From the NCBI GenBank assembly GCA_937975855.1, contig CALJTT010000004.1, positions 5,583-69,582 of the forward strand: a DNA stretch of 64,000 nt, read 5' to 3'. Source of the stretch: Minisyncoccota bacterium. GTDB lineage: Bacteria > Patescibacteriota > Minisyncoccia > Phycocordibacterales > UBA918. Positions within the stretch are counted from its first letter, which is position 1; every line of letters starts with the position of its first letter. The translations under genes and the position numbers were made by a program. The notes under the pieces are model-generated. The model saw only the letters and a program-made list of their open reading frames with translations. It did not search any database and was not told the origin of the DNA. Below are positions 56,743 through 64,000 of this stretch, one piece after another.

Positions 56743-57690
56743 CTACGGATGCAACTGTTCATGCACTCTGCGCACTGCTGCCAGGCCGTGGCACGGACTG
56801 GTTGACGCGATAACTTCTTGCGCACTACTTACCTCCCTTTCAATAGCAATTCGCCTCGCTTCTGCGTCTTCGTGATGTTTGTACATACGGTCAACAAAAA
56901 TTTGCCTCTCTTCACTTATTTGAGCCATTTTTGTTGGTTGGTCAAACATCCACGGGAACACTCCACATCCGTGAAAACTTTTACTTGAAGAGGAAGTTCG
57001 TTGGCCGAGCAATCTAACCTGTAGACCTTTAGATAGAAAGCCCAGGTCTTGTTCAGACAAGTCTGTTGATACGATTTGCCATTGTGCTCCATCAATGTCA
57101 GTAAATTGTATACGGATTGGCGATGTGCTCGCGACACGCACTTGCCTTCCTATGAGACGTCCCTCGTTCGGGTTTTGCCACATCTTGCGTTCCATAGCTG
57201 CCTGCGATGCATACATTGGCGCCACTTGGCCTAACCAGTTGTCCAAAGTCCAGCCAAATCCACCCACATGAAATAGTCCACCCAGGACCAGGCTGAATAC
57301 AAAACTGGACCCGGCCAGAACCGATACAGACTGACGATAGCCGCGCCTGGTGTTGCGCAACTGCCAAACAGCTAGCAACAGCATCCCACCAAAGACCACG
57401 AACCACACGTATGGCAAGGCTTCTAATATAAAAGTGTAGAAATTTTCGTGTGTTGCTTCATAAATATCATAATACCGGTGTGTCGACACAAAGGTCACAA
57501 CCGCAACCGCCAGTCCTCCGAACAAGACCGACAAAGCCCACAATCCCCAAACCAGCCAGTTTAGACACAGGAAATAGTATTTTGAGCGAGGCTGCACATT
57601 AGACTCATCCAGCGCAGCAAAGACGCGATCCTTGACCGAATCTTCAAAATGTTCTGATTGTTGATCTTGTTGTGTCATATCTGGTTTCAT
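56743..57690 (-). CDS. Polytopic membrane protein; putative anti-sigma factor cognate to the upstream ECF sigma
   Basis: Immediately follows the ECF sigma gene (3-nt spacing). Multiple TM helices (LNWLVWGLWALSVLFGGLAVAVVTFV; VWFVVFGGMLLLAVW; FVFSLVLGGLFHVGGFGW), a cytoplasmic N-terminus, and a C-terminal soluble domain. No recognisable anti-sigma motif, so the call is contextual. Confidence 0.35.
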   Translation of the reverse strand: MKPDMTQQDQQSEHFEDSVKDRVFAALDESNVQPRSKYYFLCLNWLVWGLWALSVLFGGLAVAVVTFVSTHRYYDIYEATHENFYTFILEALPYVWFVVFGGMLLLAVWQLRNTRRGYRQSVSVLAGSSFVFSLVLGGLFHVGGFGWTLDNWLGQVAPMYASQAAMERKMWQNPNEGRLIGRQVRVASTSPIRIQFTDIDGAQWQIVSTDLSEQDLGFLSKGLQVRLLGQRTSSSSKSFHGCGVFPWMFDQPTKMAQISEERQIFVDRMYKHHEDAEARRIAIEREVSSAQEVIASTSPCHGLAAVRRVHEQLHP

Positions 57691-57692
57691 AA

Positions 57693-58274
57693 CTATGTAC
57701 GTATTTCGTCACTATTTATGGCACTTGCTAATTGTTTCTTGCCTCGGTGGATGAGTGTACCGACCGAGCCGATGGGAATTTTTAAAATATCGGATATTTC
57801 TTCGTACTCTTTGTGCTCAAAAAATCGCAACAAAAGAACCTCGCAATATTTCTTATCAAGCGACAACAATGCTGTATTCACAACACCAGCATTTAGCTGT
57901 TCGTCAAACTGCACATCGGCCCCCTCGGTCGAAGACGCCAAAAACCCAATGATTTCCTCACTATCGCCGACCAAGTGACCTTCGGGCCGAACGTTCTTTT
58001 TGCGGTACCAGCTAATGGCTTCGTTGTGGGCAATCCGATAAATCCACGACGAAAACTTTAACTTTGGGTCAAAGCCGTTGAGATTTCGGTAGACCTTGAG
58101 GAAAACTTCTTGCAGCACGTCCAGCTGGTCATCAGGATTGTGAACACCTAGTCGGGCGATGTACCGACCGAGTTTTGCTTCATAGCGCTCCATCAACAAG
58201 CCGAATCTTTCTTTGTCGATCAGGGTTTGCCTAACGAGTTCCTCGTCTGTTACTTGTGGTGCATCGTCAATCAC
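57693..58274 (-). CDS. ECF-type sigma-70 family RNA polymerase sigma factor
   Basis: Region 2 DVLQEVFLKVYRNLNGFDPKLKFSSWIYRIAHNEAISWYRKK. Region 4 HTH EYEEISDILKIPIGSVGTLIHRGKKQL. Confidence 0.75.
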   Translation of the reverse strand: MIDDAPQVTDEELVRQTLIDKERFGLLMERYEAKLGRYIARLGVHNPDDQLDVLQEVFLKVYRNLNGFDPKLKFSSWIYRIAHNEAISWYRKKNVRPEGHLVGDSEEIIGFLASSTEGADVQFDEQLNAGVVNTALLSLDKKYCEVLLLRFFEHKEYEEISDILKIPIGSVGTLIHRGKKQLASAINSDEIRT

Positions 58275-58330
58275 CCTACAATAGTGCCATGACTAACAAC
58301 GTAGATGCAACCAACAACTCTGAATTCCCC

Positions 58331-59029
58331 ATGCGCTTAAATAAATTCTTAGCGCATAGCAAAGTAGCCTCCAGACGTGAAGCAGACGAACTGATCGCCA
58401 AGGGCAAAGTTCTCGTCAACGATGTCAAAGCCACCATGGGCCAAAAGGTGGAAGAGACTGACGAAGTGCGAGTGCTCGGCAAGACCAAACCAAAATCGTA
58501 CTATGCGTATTACAAAGGACGCGGTGTGATTACTCACTCGCCGGCTGAAGGCGAGGTTGATATTGCAACTCGTCTAGCCAAAGACTACGGACTGACGCAC
58601 GTAGCGCCGGTGGGGCGACTGGACAAAGACTCGGAAGGGCTGATCATACTCAGCAACGACGGCCGCATCACTGGACCGCTACTAGACCCTGAACACGACC
58701 ACGAAAAAGAATACGAGGTGCTGGTAGACAAAACCATCAACAACATGTTCATCCGCGCCATGGGCACTGGCGTTGATATCGAAGGTTATCGCACCAAGCA
58801 AGCAGTAGTAGAAAAAAATCCCAAGAACGATCGGCGATTCAGCATCATTCTGACCGAGGGCAAAAAACACCAAATTCGGCGCATGTGTGCGGCTCTTGGG
58901 TATCAGATACAATCCCTCAAGCGAGTACGGATAATGAACGTAGAACTCGGGTCACTAAAGCCCAACCAGTACCGCAAGGTCGTCGGGCAGGAATTACACT
59001 CTTTGCTAAAGAAACTGGAAGTAGATTAA
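58331..59029 (+). CDS. Pseudouridine synthase, RsuA/RluB family (S4 domain plus catalytic domain). Start placed at MRLNKFLA; the track ORF starts at 58256 but would overlap the divergent sigma gene.
   Basis: S4-like MRLNKFLAHSKVASRREADELIAKGKVLVND. Catalytic motif VGRLDKDSEGLIILSNDGRIT. C-terminal KHQIRRMCAALGYQI. Confidence 0.7.
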   Translation: MRLNKFLAHSKVASRREADELIAKGKVLVNDVKATMGQKVEETDEVRVLGKTKPKSYYAYYKGRGVITHSPAEGEVDIATRLAKDYGLTHVAPVGRLDKDSEGLIILSNDGRITGPLLDPEHDHEKEYEVLVDKTINNMFIRAMGTGVDIEGYRTKQAVVEKNPKNDRRFSIILTEGKKHQIRRMCAALGYQIQSLKRVRIMNVELGSLKPNQYRKVVGQELHSLLKKLEVD

Positions 59030-59049
59030 AACCTGTGCTGCTAGTGGTA

Positions 59050-59847
59050 CTAGACTCCGGACTGCAGTTGCAGAATTCGCTGTTTTAACAATAGTATTTG
59101 CAATTGCAAACGCAGCTGAGCTATTTGTTGCATAAGCACATCACGATCGACAGTAGGCACCTCTTCTTCAGGTTCGTAGTCCATAAGTTTTTCAATCGCG
59201 CGCGGTAGATCTATATCTTCATCTACAGCCTGTTTGAATACCTCTGGGAACGCATTCAGTAGCAGCTGCGCGTATTCAGCATCATCTCTTCGATCGCGAA
59301 AGATGTCGTCTAGGAAATCCATCTTGTCTTCCAGACTGAACTCTTTGGTCATGCGTGGATAGGGATCATTTGCAACGTCATGCTTGTCTATGGTTTCAAA
59401 ATGCAAATGGTACGAGCCGGGCGCAGCGTTTCCAGTGTCGCCGACTGTGCCGATATAATCGCCGACGTCCAGACGATCGCCGACCTCAATATCGGCCCAT
59501 TCGTCTAGATGAAGATATGCGAACGTCTCACCGCCCGGGTTCGCTGTGTAAACATGTTTACCTGCACTTTCCCACGTGCCAACCCGAGTAACGATGGCTT
59601 TGGTTGGGCTGACAACCGGTGTACCTTTGGGTACCAAAAAGTCTTGCCCTTCGTGAAGACGAGTTCCCCCTCCGCGCGGGTCGCCAAAGTCTGACCGTAC
59701 GTTACTGATATCAACTCCAAACAAAACTGGCACAGCAAATTCTTCTACAATGTCGTCTCCAAGGTTCTCTTTGTCGTTATGGCTAGCAGAGACAAAGACA
59801 GGTGAGAGTAAAAGCAATAGACACGGTAAATATTTCATACCTAACAT
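59050..59847 (-). CDS. Secreted M23-family (LytM-type) metallopeptidase
   Basis: Signal (LPCLLLLLSPVFVSASH). HEGQDF, GTPVVSP..AIVTRVG, YLHLDEW, GTVGDTGNAAPGSYHLHFE (HxH zinc site). Confidence 0.75.
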   Translation of the reverse strand: MLGMKYLPCLLLLLSPVFVSASHNDKENLGDDIVEEFAVPVLFGVDISNVRSDFGDPRGGGTRLHEGQDFLVPKGTPVVSPTKAIVTRVGTWESAGKHVYTANPGGETFAYLHLDEWADIEVGDRLDVGDYIGTVGDTGNAAPGSYHLHFETIDKHDVANDPYPRMTKEFSLEDKMDFLDDIFRDRRDDAEYAQLLLNAFPEVFKQAVDEDIDLPRAIEKLMDYEPEEEVPTVDRDVLMQQIAQLRLQLQILLLKQRILQLQSGV

Positions 59848-59856
59848 TATACAAAG

Positions 59857-60996
59857 CTATTCAACCAAGTCGAAAGGTAGTTTGGGATATGTCTGGCCGT
59901 TGATCTGCAGTTCGATCTCGTGTTTGCCTTGGTGCAACGCTCTGGTCGTCATCGGTCGCAATGGTTGGCGTTTATTGAAACTCAAAGTTTCACCAGGTTG
60001 AATGACGGTCTTAGTAATCTTGAAAGTCTTTGGCGCGCGTTTGCCATTGGCTTTATTAAAATACAGGTGATAGTCGACCAGCAGATTTTGTTTAACAGAC
60101 GCCGTCGACGTAATCTCGAACGAGAACTCTAACGCCTGGCCGACCCGAACAGTTTTATTAGCGATAACAAACTTTGCGAGCTTAACTTCCCCGCTGGCGT
60201 AACCAAGCAATTTTAGAGCACCAGCATGACCTTGCTTCTCCAGTGTGCGCAGGCTGTGTTTAGTGATGAAGTCTAATTCTTTAGCAGTTTGCTTCTTTTC
60301 CTTCTGCCAACGCTCAAGAGTCTTCACCACAATATCTGGATCGACTTTCGAAATATCGTTCATATGGTTCGCCACCGACCGAGTAACATAACGTGTCGAA
60401 TCAGCATGTAGCAAGTCGAGGAACGGCAACGGGTCTCGATAATCAATAATGACGTTCTTGGCCCAAGGCAAGCTCGGCCTGGTTCCCTCACTGACAAGCC
60501 GTCTAACGTGATAGTTATTGTCCGTTGCCCACTTGCTCAGCTCGGCCATTGTTCCTTTAGGAAAAGCATTCAGGAAAGACCGAATCGGAAATTCAACCGA
60601 GAATCGCTTCGTCATTTCTTTTAACGCAGCCAACGAGAAAGATAGATCTTTCTTTGTGCAACCATACTCAGCCACAAACGCCCCGTACGGACCATAAATA
60701 AAATCCCCAAAGTCATCGTCAGACAAAGTTGGGTCTGCGGGTGGCGGTAAAGATTCCAGCAGAATCTTTGCCGCCACCCGATATTCCTCAGGCAAAAACT
60801 CCCGCAAACAATCACGGATCCACAGCAGTCGGTCCATTAGTTCCAATTCAGGAAACTTGCCGACAACTTTGTTAACAAATTTTGTCTTATGAAACTCTGG
60901 ATAAACAGCTTCTATCTCAGCCGCAACAACAGACACCTTCTGTTTGTTGAACAAAGAGTCTTTCAGCGAAAACGTTGGTTCGGCTTTCACCGCCAT
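59857..60996 (-). CDS. Helical-repeat protein, possibly DNA alkylation repair (AlkD-like HEAT) family
   Basis: 379-aa ORF. NYHVRRLVSEGTRPSLPW-type segment and overall helical repeat character. Assignment by weak motif memory only. Confidence 0.3.
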   Translation of the reverse strand: MAVKAEPTFSLKDSLFNKQKVSVVAAEIEAVYPEFHKTKFVNKVVGKFPELELMDRLLWIRDCLREFLPEEYRVAAKILLESLPPPADPTLSDDDFGDFIYGPYGAFVAEYGCTKKDLSFSLAALKEMTKRFSVEFPIRSFLNAFPKGTMAELSKWATDNNYHVRRLVSEGTRPSLPWAKNVIIDYRDPLPFLDLLHADSTRYVTRSVANHMNDISKVDPDIVVKTLERWQKEKKQTAKELDFITKHSLRTLEKQGHAGALKLLGYASGEVKLAKFVIANKTVRVGQALEFSFEITSTASVKQNLLVDYHLYFNKANGKRAPKTFKITKTVIQPGETLSFNKRQPLRPMTTRALHQGKHEIELQINGQTYPKLPFDLVE

Positions 60997-60999
60997 ACG

Positions 61000-61533
61000 C
61001 TATGCCGCTGACCAGTCTTTCTCAAAGTTCTCCATCCAAGCCTTCTTTTCTTCGTCGGAGGCATTTGGAATAACGTCTGGGTGCACTTCCATATAATGGG
61101 CGTACACCTCACCTAGCAACGTGTTGCGACCACCGCTAGTAAACGACACCTCGCACCCGTCGACATAACAAGTAATGGTCTTTTCCGGCAATTCTGGAGC
61201 GTCGTTAAAAGCCTTATTAAAGTCCTCCATCCAGGCCTGGTGCTTTTCTGGCGTGGCAGATTGCATCACATCAGCATGTACTTCTTTGTAGTGCGGCATC
61301 ATCGCCTGCATAACATCCGCTACAACATTTCCTTCGTACATAGTGTCGACGCTCGCGTCGCAATCTGGGCATTTCAATTGTTTCATATATTTACAGTGTA
61401 GCAGACCACTTGCGTTTTTACAGAGAAGCCGTAAAGTTGAATGTATACGAGTCCTTTTCTGTTCATCTTTTTTGCTAGGAGGCAACCGTGGCAGGACCAA
61501 TTCCTCACACTTCTCTTTCGAACGTAACCTCAT
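61000..61533 (-). CDS. Small soluble protein with two tandem DUF1059-like Cys/His-containing modules. Likely start at the internal Met MKQLKCPDCD (~61386).
   Basis: Internal duplication: KCPDCDAS...MPHYKEVHADVM...EKHQAWMEDFNKAF versus CYVDGCEVS...YAHYMEVHPDVI...EEKKAWMENFEKDW. Confidence 0.4.
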   Translation of the reverse strand: MRLRSKEKCEELVLPRLPPSKKDEQKRTRIHSTLRLLCKNASGLLHCKYMKQLKCPDCDASVDTMYEGNVVADVMQAMMPHYKEVHADVMQSATPEKHQAWMEDFNKAFNDAPELPEKTITCYVDGCEVSFTSGGRNTLLGEVYAHYMEVHPDVIPNASDEEKKAWMENFEKDWSAA

Positions 61534-62180
61534 CTGGCAGTGCTACAACTGCAAATTTCCTCAATACCCTGCGTGACAAAAAAACGACACACGCAAGATA
61601 TCGAAGAGCTATGGAGATCCTTGGAGAAAAACTGATCTACGAAATGTTGGATCGAACTCAAACGCACGAAATACAGATCGACACAGCCGTCGCAGAAGCC
61701 GTCAAAGTATCTGTACTGAAGTTCAAAACAGTTGCGATGGTCAGGGTTCTTGGAGCAGGTGAAGGGTTTGCTGCTGGCATATCAAAGATTTTTGAACTCT
61801 TCTTTGAAGTCGAAGATTTGCTACTTGCTATGCATCGTGACGAGACCAACCCTGAGAACCCAACTCCAGTTACCGATTACGAACGAAAGTTGGCAAACTC
61901 CGCGGAAATGGATTTCACTGTACTCTGCGAGCCAATGATTGCGACTGGCCTTAGCTGCATCGAAGCCGTCACTAAACTGAAGAAAGAGGGTGCCAAAAAC
62001 ATCCATATCGTCAGTGTTATCGCCTCAGAAGAAGGTCTTGCGGAGCTATGTGAGGCACATCCCGACGTTGTTATCCATGCGGCGGCAATTGACAAAGAAT
62101 TGAACCTGTATAAATACATTATCCCAGGACTGGGCGATGCGGGTGACAATTTCCTAAACCGTCGCAAGATTGCCGCCTGA
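61488..62180 (+). CDS. upp: Uracil phosphoribosyltransferase
   Basis: LRDKKTTHARYRRAMEILGEKLIYE (PRPP-binding region context), CEPMIATGLSCIEAV (PRTase motif), IIPGLGDAGDNFLN (UPRT signature GLGDAGDR-like). The start may lie slightly downstream of the first ATG. Confidence 0.8.
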   Translation: MAGPIPHTSLSNVTSSGSATTANFLNTLRDKKTTHARYRRAMEILGEKLIYEMLDRTQTHEIQIDTAVAEAVKVSVLKFKTVAMVRVLGAGEGFAAGISKIFELFFEVEDLLLAMHRDETNPENPTPVTDYERKLANSAEMDFTVLCEPMIATGLSCIEAVTKLKKEGAKNIHIVSVIASEEGLAELCEAHPDVVIHAAAIDKELNLYKYIIPGLGDAGDNFLNRRKIAA

Positions 62181-62204
62181 CAAACTAAATCCGAACACAT
62201 GAAA

Positions 62205-62240
62205 AGGGTGCCTCTCGGGGCGCCCTTAACCTTTTTTATA
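62205..62240 (+). terminator. Rho-independent terminator after upp (stem gggtgcc/ggcgccc with one G-U, then T-run)
   Basis: agggtgcctctcggggcgcccttaaccttttttatattt read directly. Confidence 0.6.
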
Positions 62241-62255
62241 TTTAAAACGAAACAA

Positions 62256-62291
62256 GGGCCGGAACAATTATTGCTCCGGCCCTTTTATTTT
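62256..62291. terminator. Bidirectional rho-independent terminator (8-bp GC stem gggccgga/tccggccc, TTTTATTTT tail, A-rich 5' flank)
   Basis: aacaagggccggaacaattattgctccggcccttttattttg read directly. Lies between convergent upp (+) and the 62309..62629 gene (-). Confidence 0.7.
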
Positions 62292-62308
62292 GCACATTAC
62301 GAAACTTT

Positions 62309-62629
62309 TTAGGAAAGAGCTGCCTGCAGAAAAATCGCTTTGACTGCAATTCCGATCATCCAAGTGCAAATAAACGTGGGTATGGAGAACAGCACAACTA
62401 TCCTGAAGGCTGCGTTCTCCTGCACGACATTTCTTTCCGGCGCTCTAGAACCCGGCCTTTGTTTAGTTTTAGAGATCAGGTTTCTCAGTTTTAGGATAAA
62501 CGGCACCCCAAAACCAATAACTCCGGTCAGCCAAATAAACCAATAGTTGATCGAAAGATCAATGAAGAACTCAAACATCGCCTCGAACATTGTGATTCCT
62601 TTCAATTGTTCAAGTTTCTTATAACACAA
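62309..62629 (-). CDS. Small 2-TM membrane protein of unknown function
   Basis: 106-aa ORF. Hydrophobic helices YWFIWLTGVIGFGVPFIL and FRIVVLFSIPTFICTWMIGIAV. Flanked by terminators on both sides. Confidence 0.4.
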   Translation of the reverse strand: MCYKKLEQLKGITMFEAMFEFFIDLSINYWFIWLTGVIGFGVPFILKLRNLISKTKQRPGSRAPERNVVQENAAFRIVVLFSIPTFICTWMIGIAVKAIFLQAALS

Positions 62630-62727
62630 AAATACAATAAATCAATAACCCTCTGACGCACTGAGATTGTCGGCTATGAGCGAATTCTATATTTTATGCA
62701 GGTGTGGCTTAGGAAGTCGCAAAATTA

Positions 62728-62760
62728 TAAAAGCCGAGATATTGAATCTCGGCTTTTATC
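62728..62760. terminator. Bidirectional rho-independent terminator (9-bp stem agccgagat/atctcggct, loop attga) downstream of typA
   Basis: aaaattataaaagccgagatattgaatctcggcttttatcgtt read directly. Confidence 0.7.
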
Positions 62761-62761
62761 G

Positions 62762-64000
62762 TTACCCCTTCTTCCTCTCTCCTTCCTTCAACTTTTGCTT
62801 CCGTAAACGAATACTTTGTGGGCAGACTTCTAGGTACTCGTCGATTAGCATGATTTCTAGTCCAAGTTCGATTGTCAGTGCCTTGTGTGGGACGAGGTTG
62901 ATTGCGTCGTCTGTTCCAGACGATCGGACGTTGGTCAGGTTCTTTCCCTTAGTTGGGTTCACAACCATCTCTTCACCCTTGCTTGTGTTTCCGATGACCA
63001 TTCCTTCGTAGACTTCCTCAGATGCGCCGATGTATAGCTCGCCACGGTCCTGTAGACCAAACAGAGAGAAGCCAAGAGCCTTGCCCGTAACCATTGACGT
63101 CATTGACGCTGTCTTTCGTTTCTTGATCTCGCCTGCGTATGGACGGAACTCTAGGAAGCGTGACGCTAGGATACCTTCACCCTTGGTATCAACCACGAAC
63201 TGGTTCTTGTAGCCCAAGAGTCCTCGTGTCGGACCTTCGAACAATAGTCGAACTTGGTTCTCGTGTGGGATCATGTTTTGCATGATGAAGCCACGGTTTG
63301 ATAGACGCTCGATTACCGCACCTTGGAATTCTGCTGGCACGTCGATGGTTGCCTCTTCAAACGGCTCTGACTTTACTCCGTCGATTTCTTTAACAATTAC
63401 TTCTGGCTGAGAGACAGAAAGTTCGTATCCTTCACGACGCATGTTTTCAAGCAGTACAGCGATGTGCATTTCTCCACGGCCCTTTACGTCAAACGTGTCG
63501 CCATTGCTTTCAACCTGCAGACCAACGTTGATCTCTAGCTCTTTCTGCAGTCGGTCGCCGATCTGTCGTGATGTGACGTACTTCCCTTCACGCCCGGCAA
63601 ACGGACTCGAGTTCACCAGAAACTTCATTGCCACAGTTGGCTCGTCTACCGCAATCGCTGGCAATAGCTCTGCGTCTTCTGACGTCGTCAGCGTTTCTCC
63701 AATATTAATATCTTCTAGTCCGGCAATCAGAACAATGTCGCCTGCAAAGGCTTCGTCCAGCTCGATCTGTGCAACTCCCTTGTAGCCAGACATTTTTACA
63801 ACCTTGCCCTTCTTAGTTTCTTCGCCTTCGGCTCGGATCAATAGTTGCTGACCCTTGCTCATTTTTCCGTTGTAAATTCGCGCAACTGCTAGACGTCCGA
63901 GGAAGTTGTCGTAACCTAGGTTAAACACCTGAGCCCGCAGCTCCTCACCTTCAACATAACCATGTGCTGCTGGTACGTGTTCAAGAATAGTGTCGAGGAC
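62762..64000 (-). CDS. typA: Translational GTPase TypA/BipA, C-terminal portion (5' end beyond window)
   Basis: EF-G/LepA/BipA-like domains. Characteristic BipA C-terminus ...EVCPQSIRLRKQKLKEGERKKG. The reading frame stays open to the window edge. Confidence 0.7.
   Translation of the reverse strand, partial: VLDTILEHVPAAHGYVEGEELRAQVFNLGYDNFLGRLAVARIYNGKMSKGQQLLIRAEGEETKKGKVVKMSGYKGVAQIELDEAFAGDIVLIAGLEDINIGETLTTSEDAELLPAIAVDEPTVAMKFLVNSSPFAGREGKYVTSRQIGDRLQKELEINVGLQVESNGDTFDVKGRGEMHIAVLLENMRREGYELSVSQPEVIVKEIDGVKSEPFEEATIDVPAEFQGAVIERLSNRGFIMQNMIPHENQVRLLFEGPTRGLLGYKNQFVVDTKGEGILASRFLEFRPYAGEIKKRKTASMTSMVTGKALGFSLFGLQDRGELYIGASEEVYEGMVIGNTSKGEEMVVNPTKGKNLTNVRSSGTDDAINLVPHKALTIELGLEIMLIDEYLEVCPQSIRLRKQKLKEGERKKG

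Noticed and set aside
58256-58330. Track start of the pseudouridine synthase ORF at 58256
   Set aside because: It would overlap the divergently transcribed ECF sigma start (58274). The family-typical N-terminus begins at MRLNKFLA (58331), so the upstream Mets are probably not used.

Overview
The window is a gene-dense, mostly minus-strand stretch dominated by cell-envelope and surface-display genes. Its gene set points to a Gram-positive-like, possibly CPR/Patescibacteria-type bacterium; that is an inference from gene content alone. No rRNA, tRNA, CRISPR or obvious transposase was seen.

Main contents:
- A 16.5-kb gene (18511..35061) encodes a 5516-aa membrane-anchored surface protein. It has an acidic stalk, two FN3-like modules, a six-bladed W-D/N-G-x-x-W propeller, three tandem ~770-800-aa beta-helix-like super-repeats, a DUF2341/LamG-like domain and a short C-terminal Y-W-G-I tag.
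- A twice-duplicated surface-assembly module sits on both sides of that gene. Each copy has a secreted Thr-rich protein with a WxL-like C-terminus (terminator-flanked, likely highly expressed), a DUF916-like C-terminally anchored membrane protein, a dockerin-bearing secreted protein, and type-I membrane proteins with N-terminal cohesin-like domains.
- A polysaccharide module: a processive GT2 synthase (QxxRW) translationally coupled to a 2010-aa membrane protein (GSDH-like propeller, PKD domain, about eight CBM4/9-like repeats and Ig-like domains), with a divergent GH26-like hydrolase.
- A sortase with an adjacent S/T/D-repeat substrate, an ECF sigma/anti-sigma pair, and a MacB/FtsX-type ABC pair. 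An FN3 protein lies between the ABC pair and the giant gene.
- umuDC with a palindromic candidate operator.
- Housekeeping genes at the right end: pseudouridine synthase, M23 peptidase, upp, typA.

A BNR/Asp-box protein gene at 1..2506 (minus strand, running off the window) is absent from the supplied ORF track. It shares a domain with the giant protein.

Domain calls rest on remembered family motifs, not on searches.
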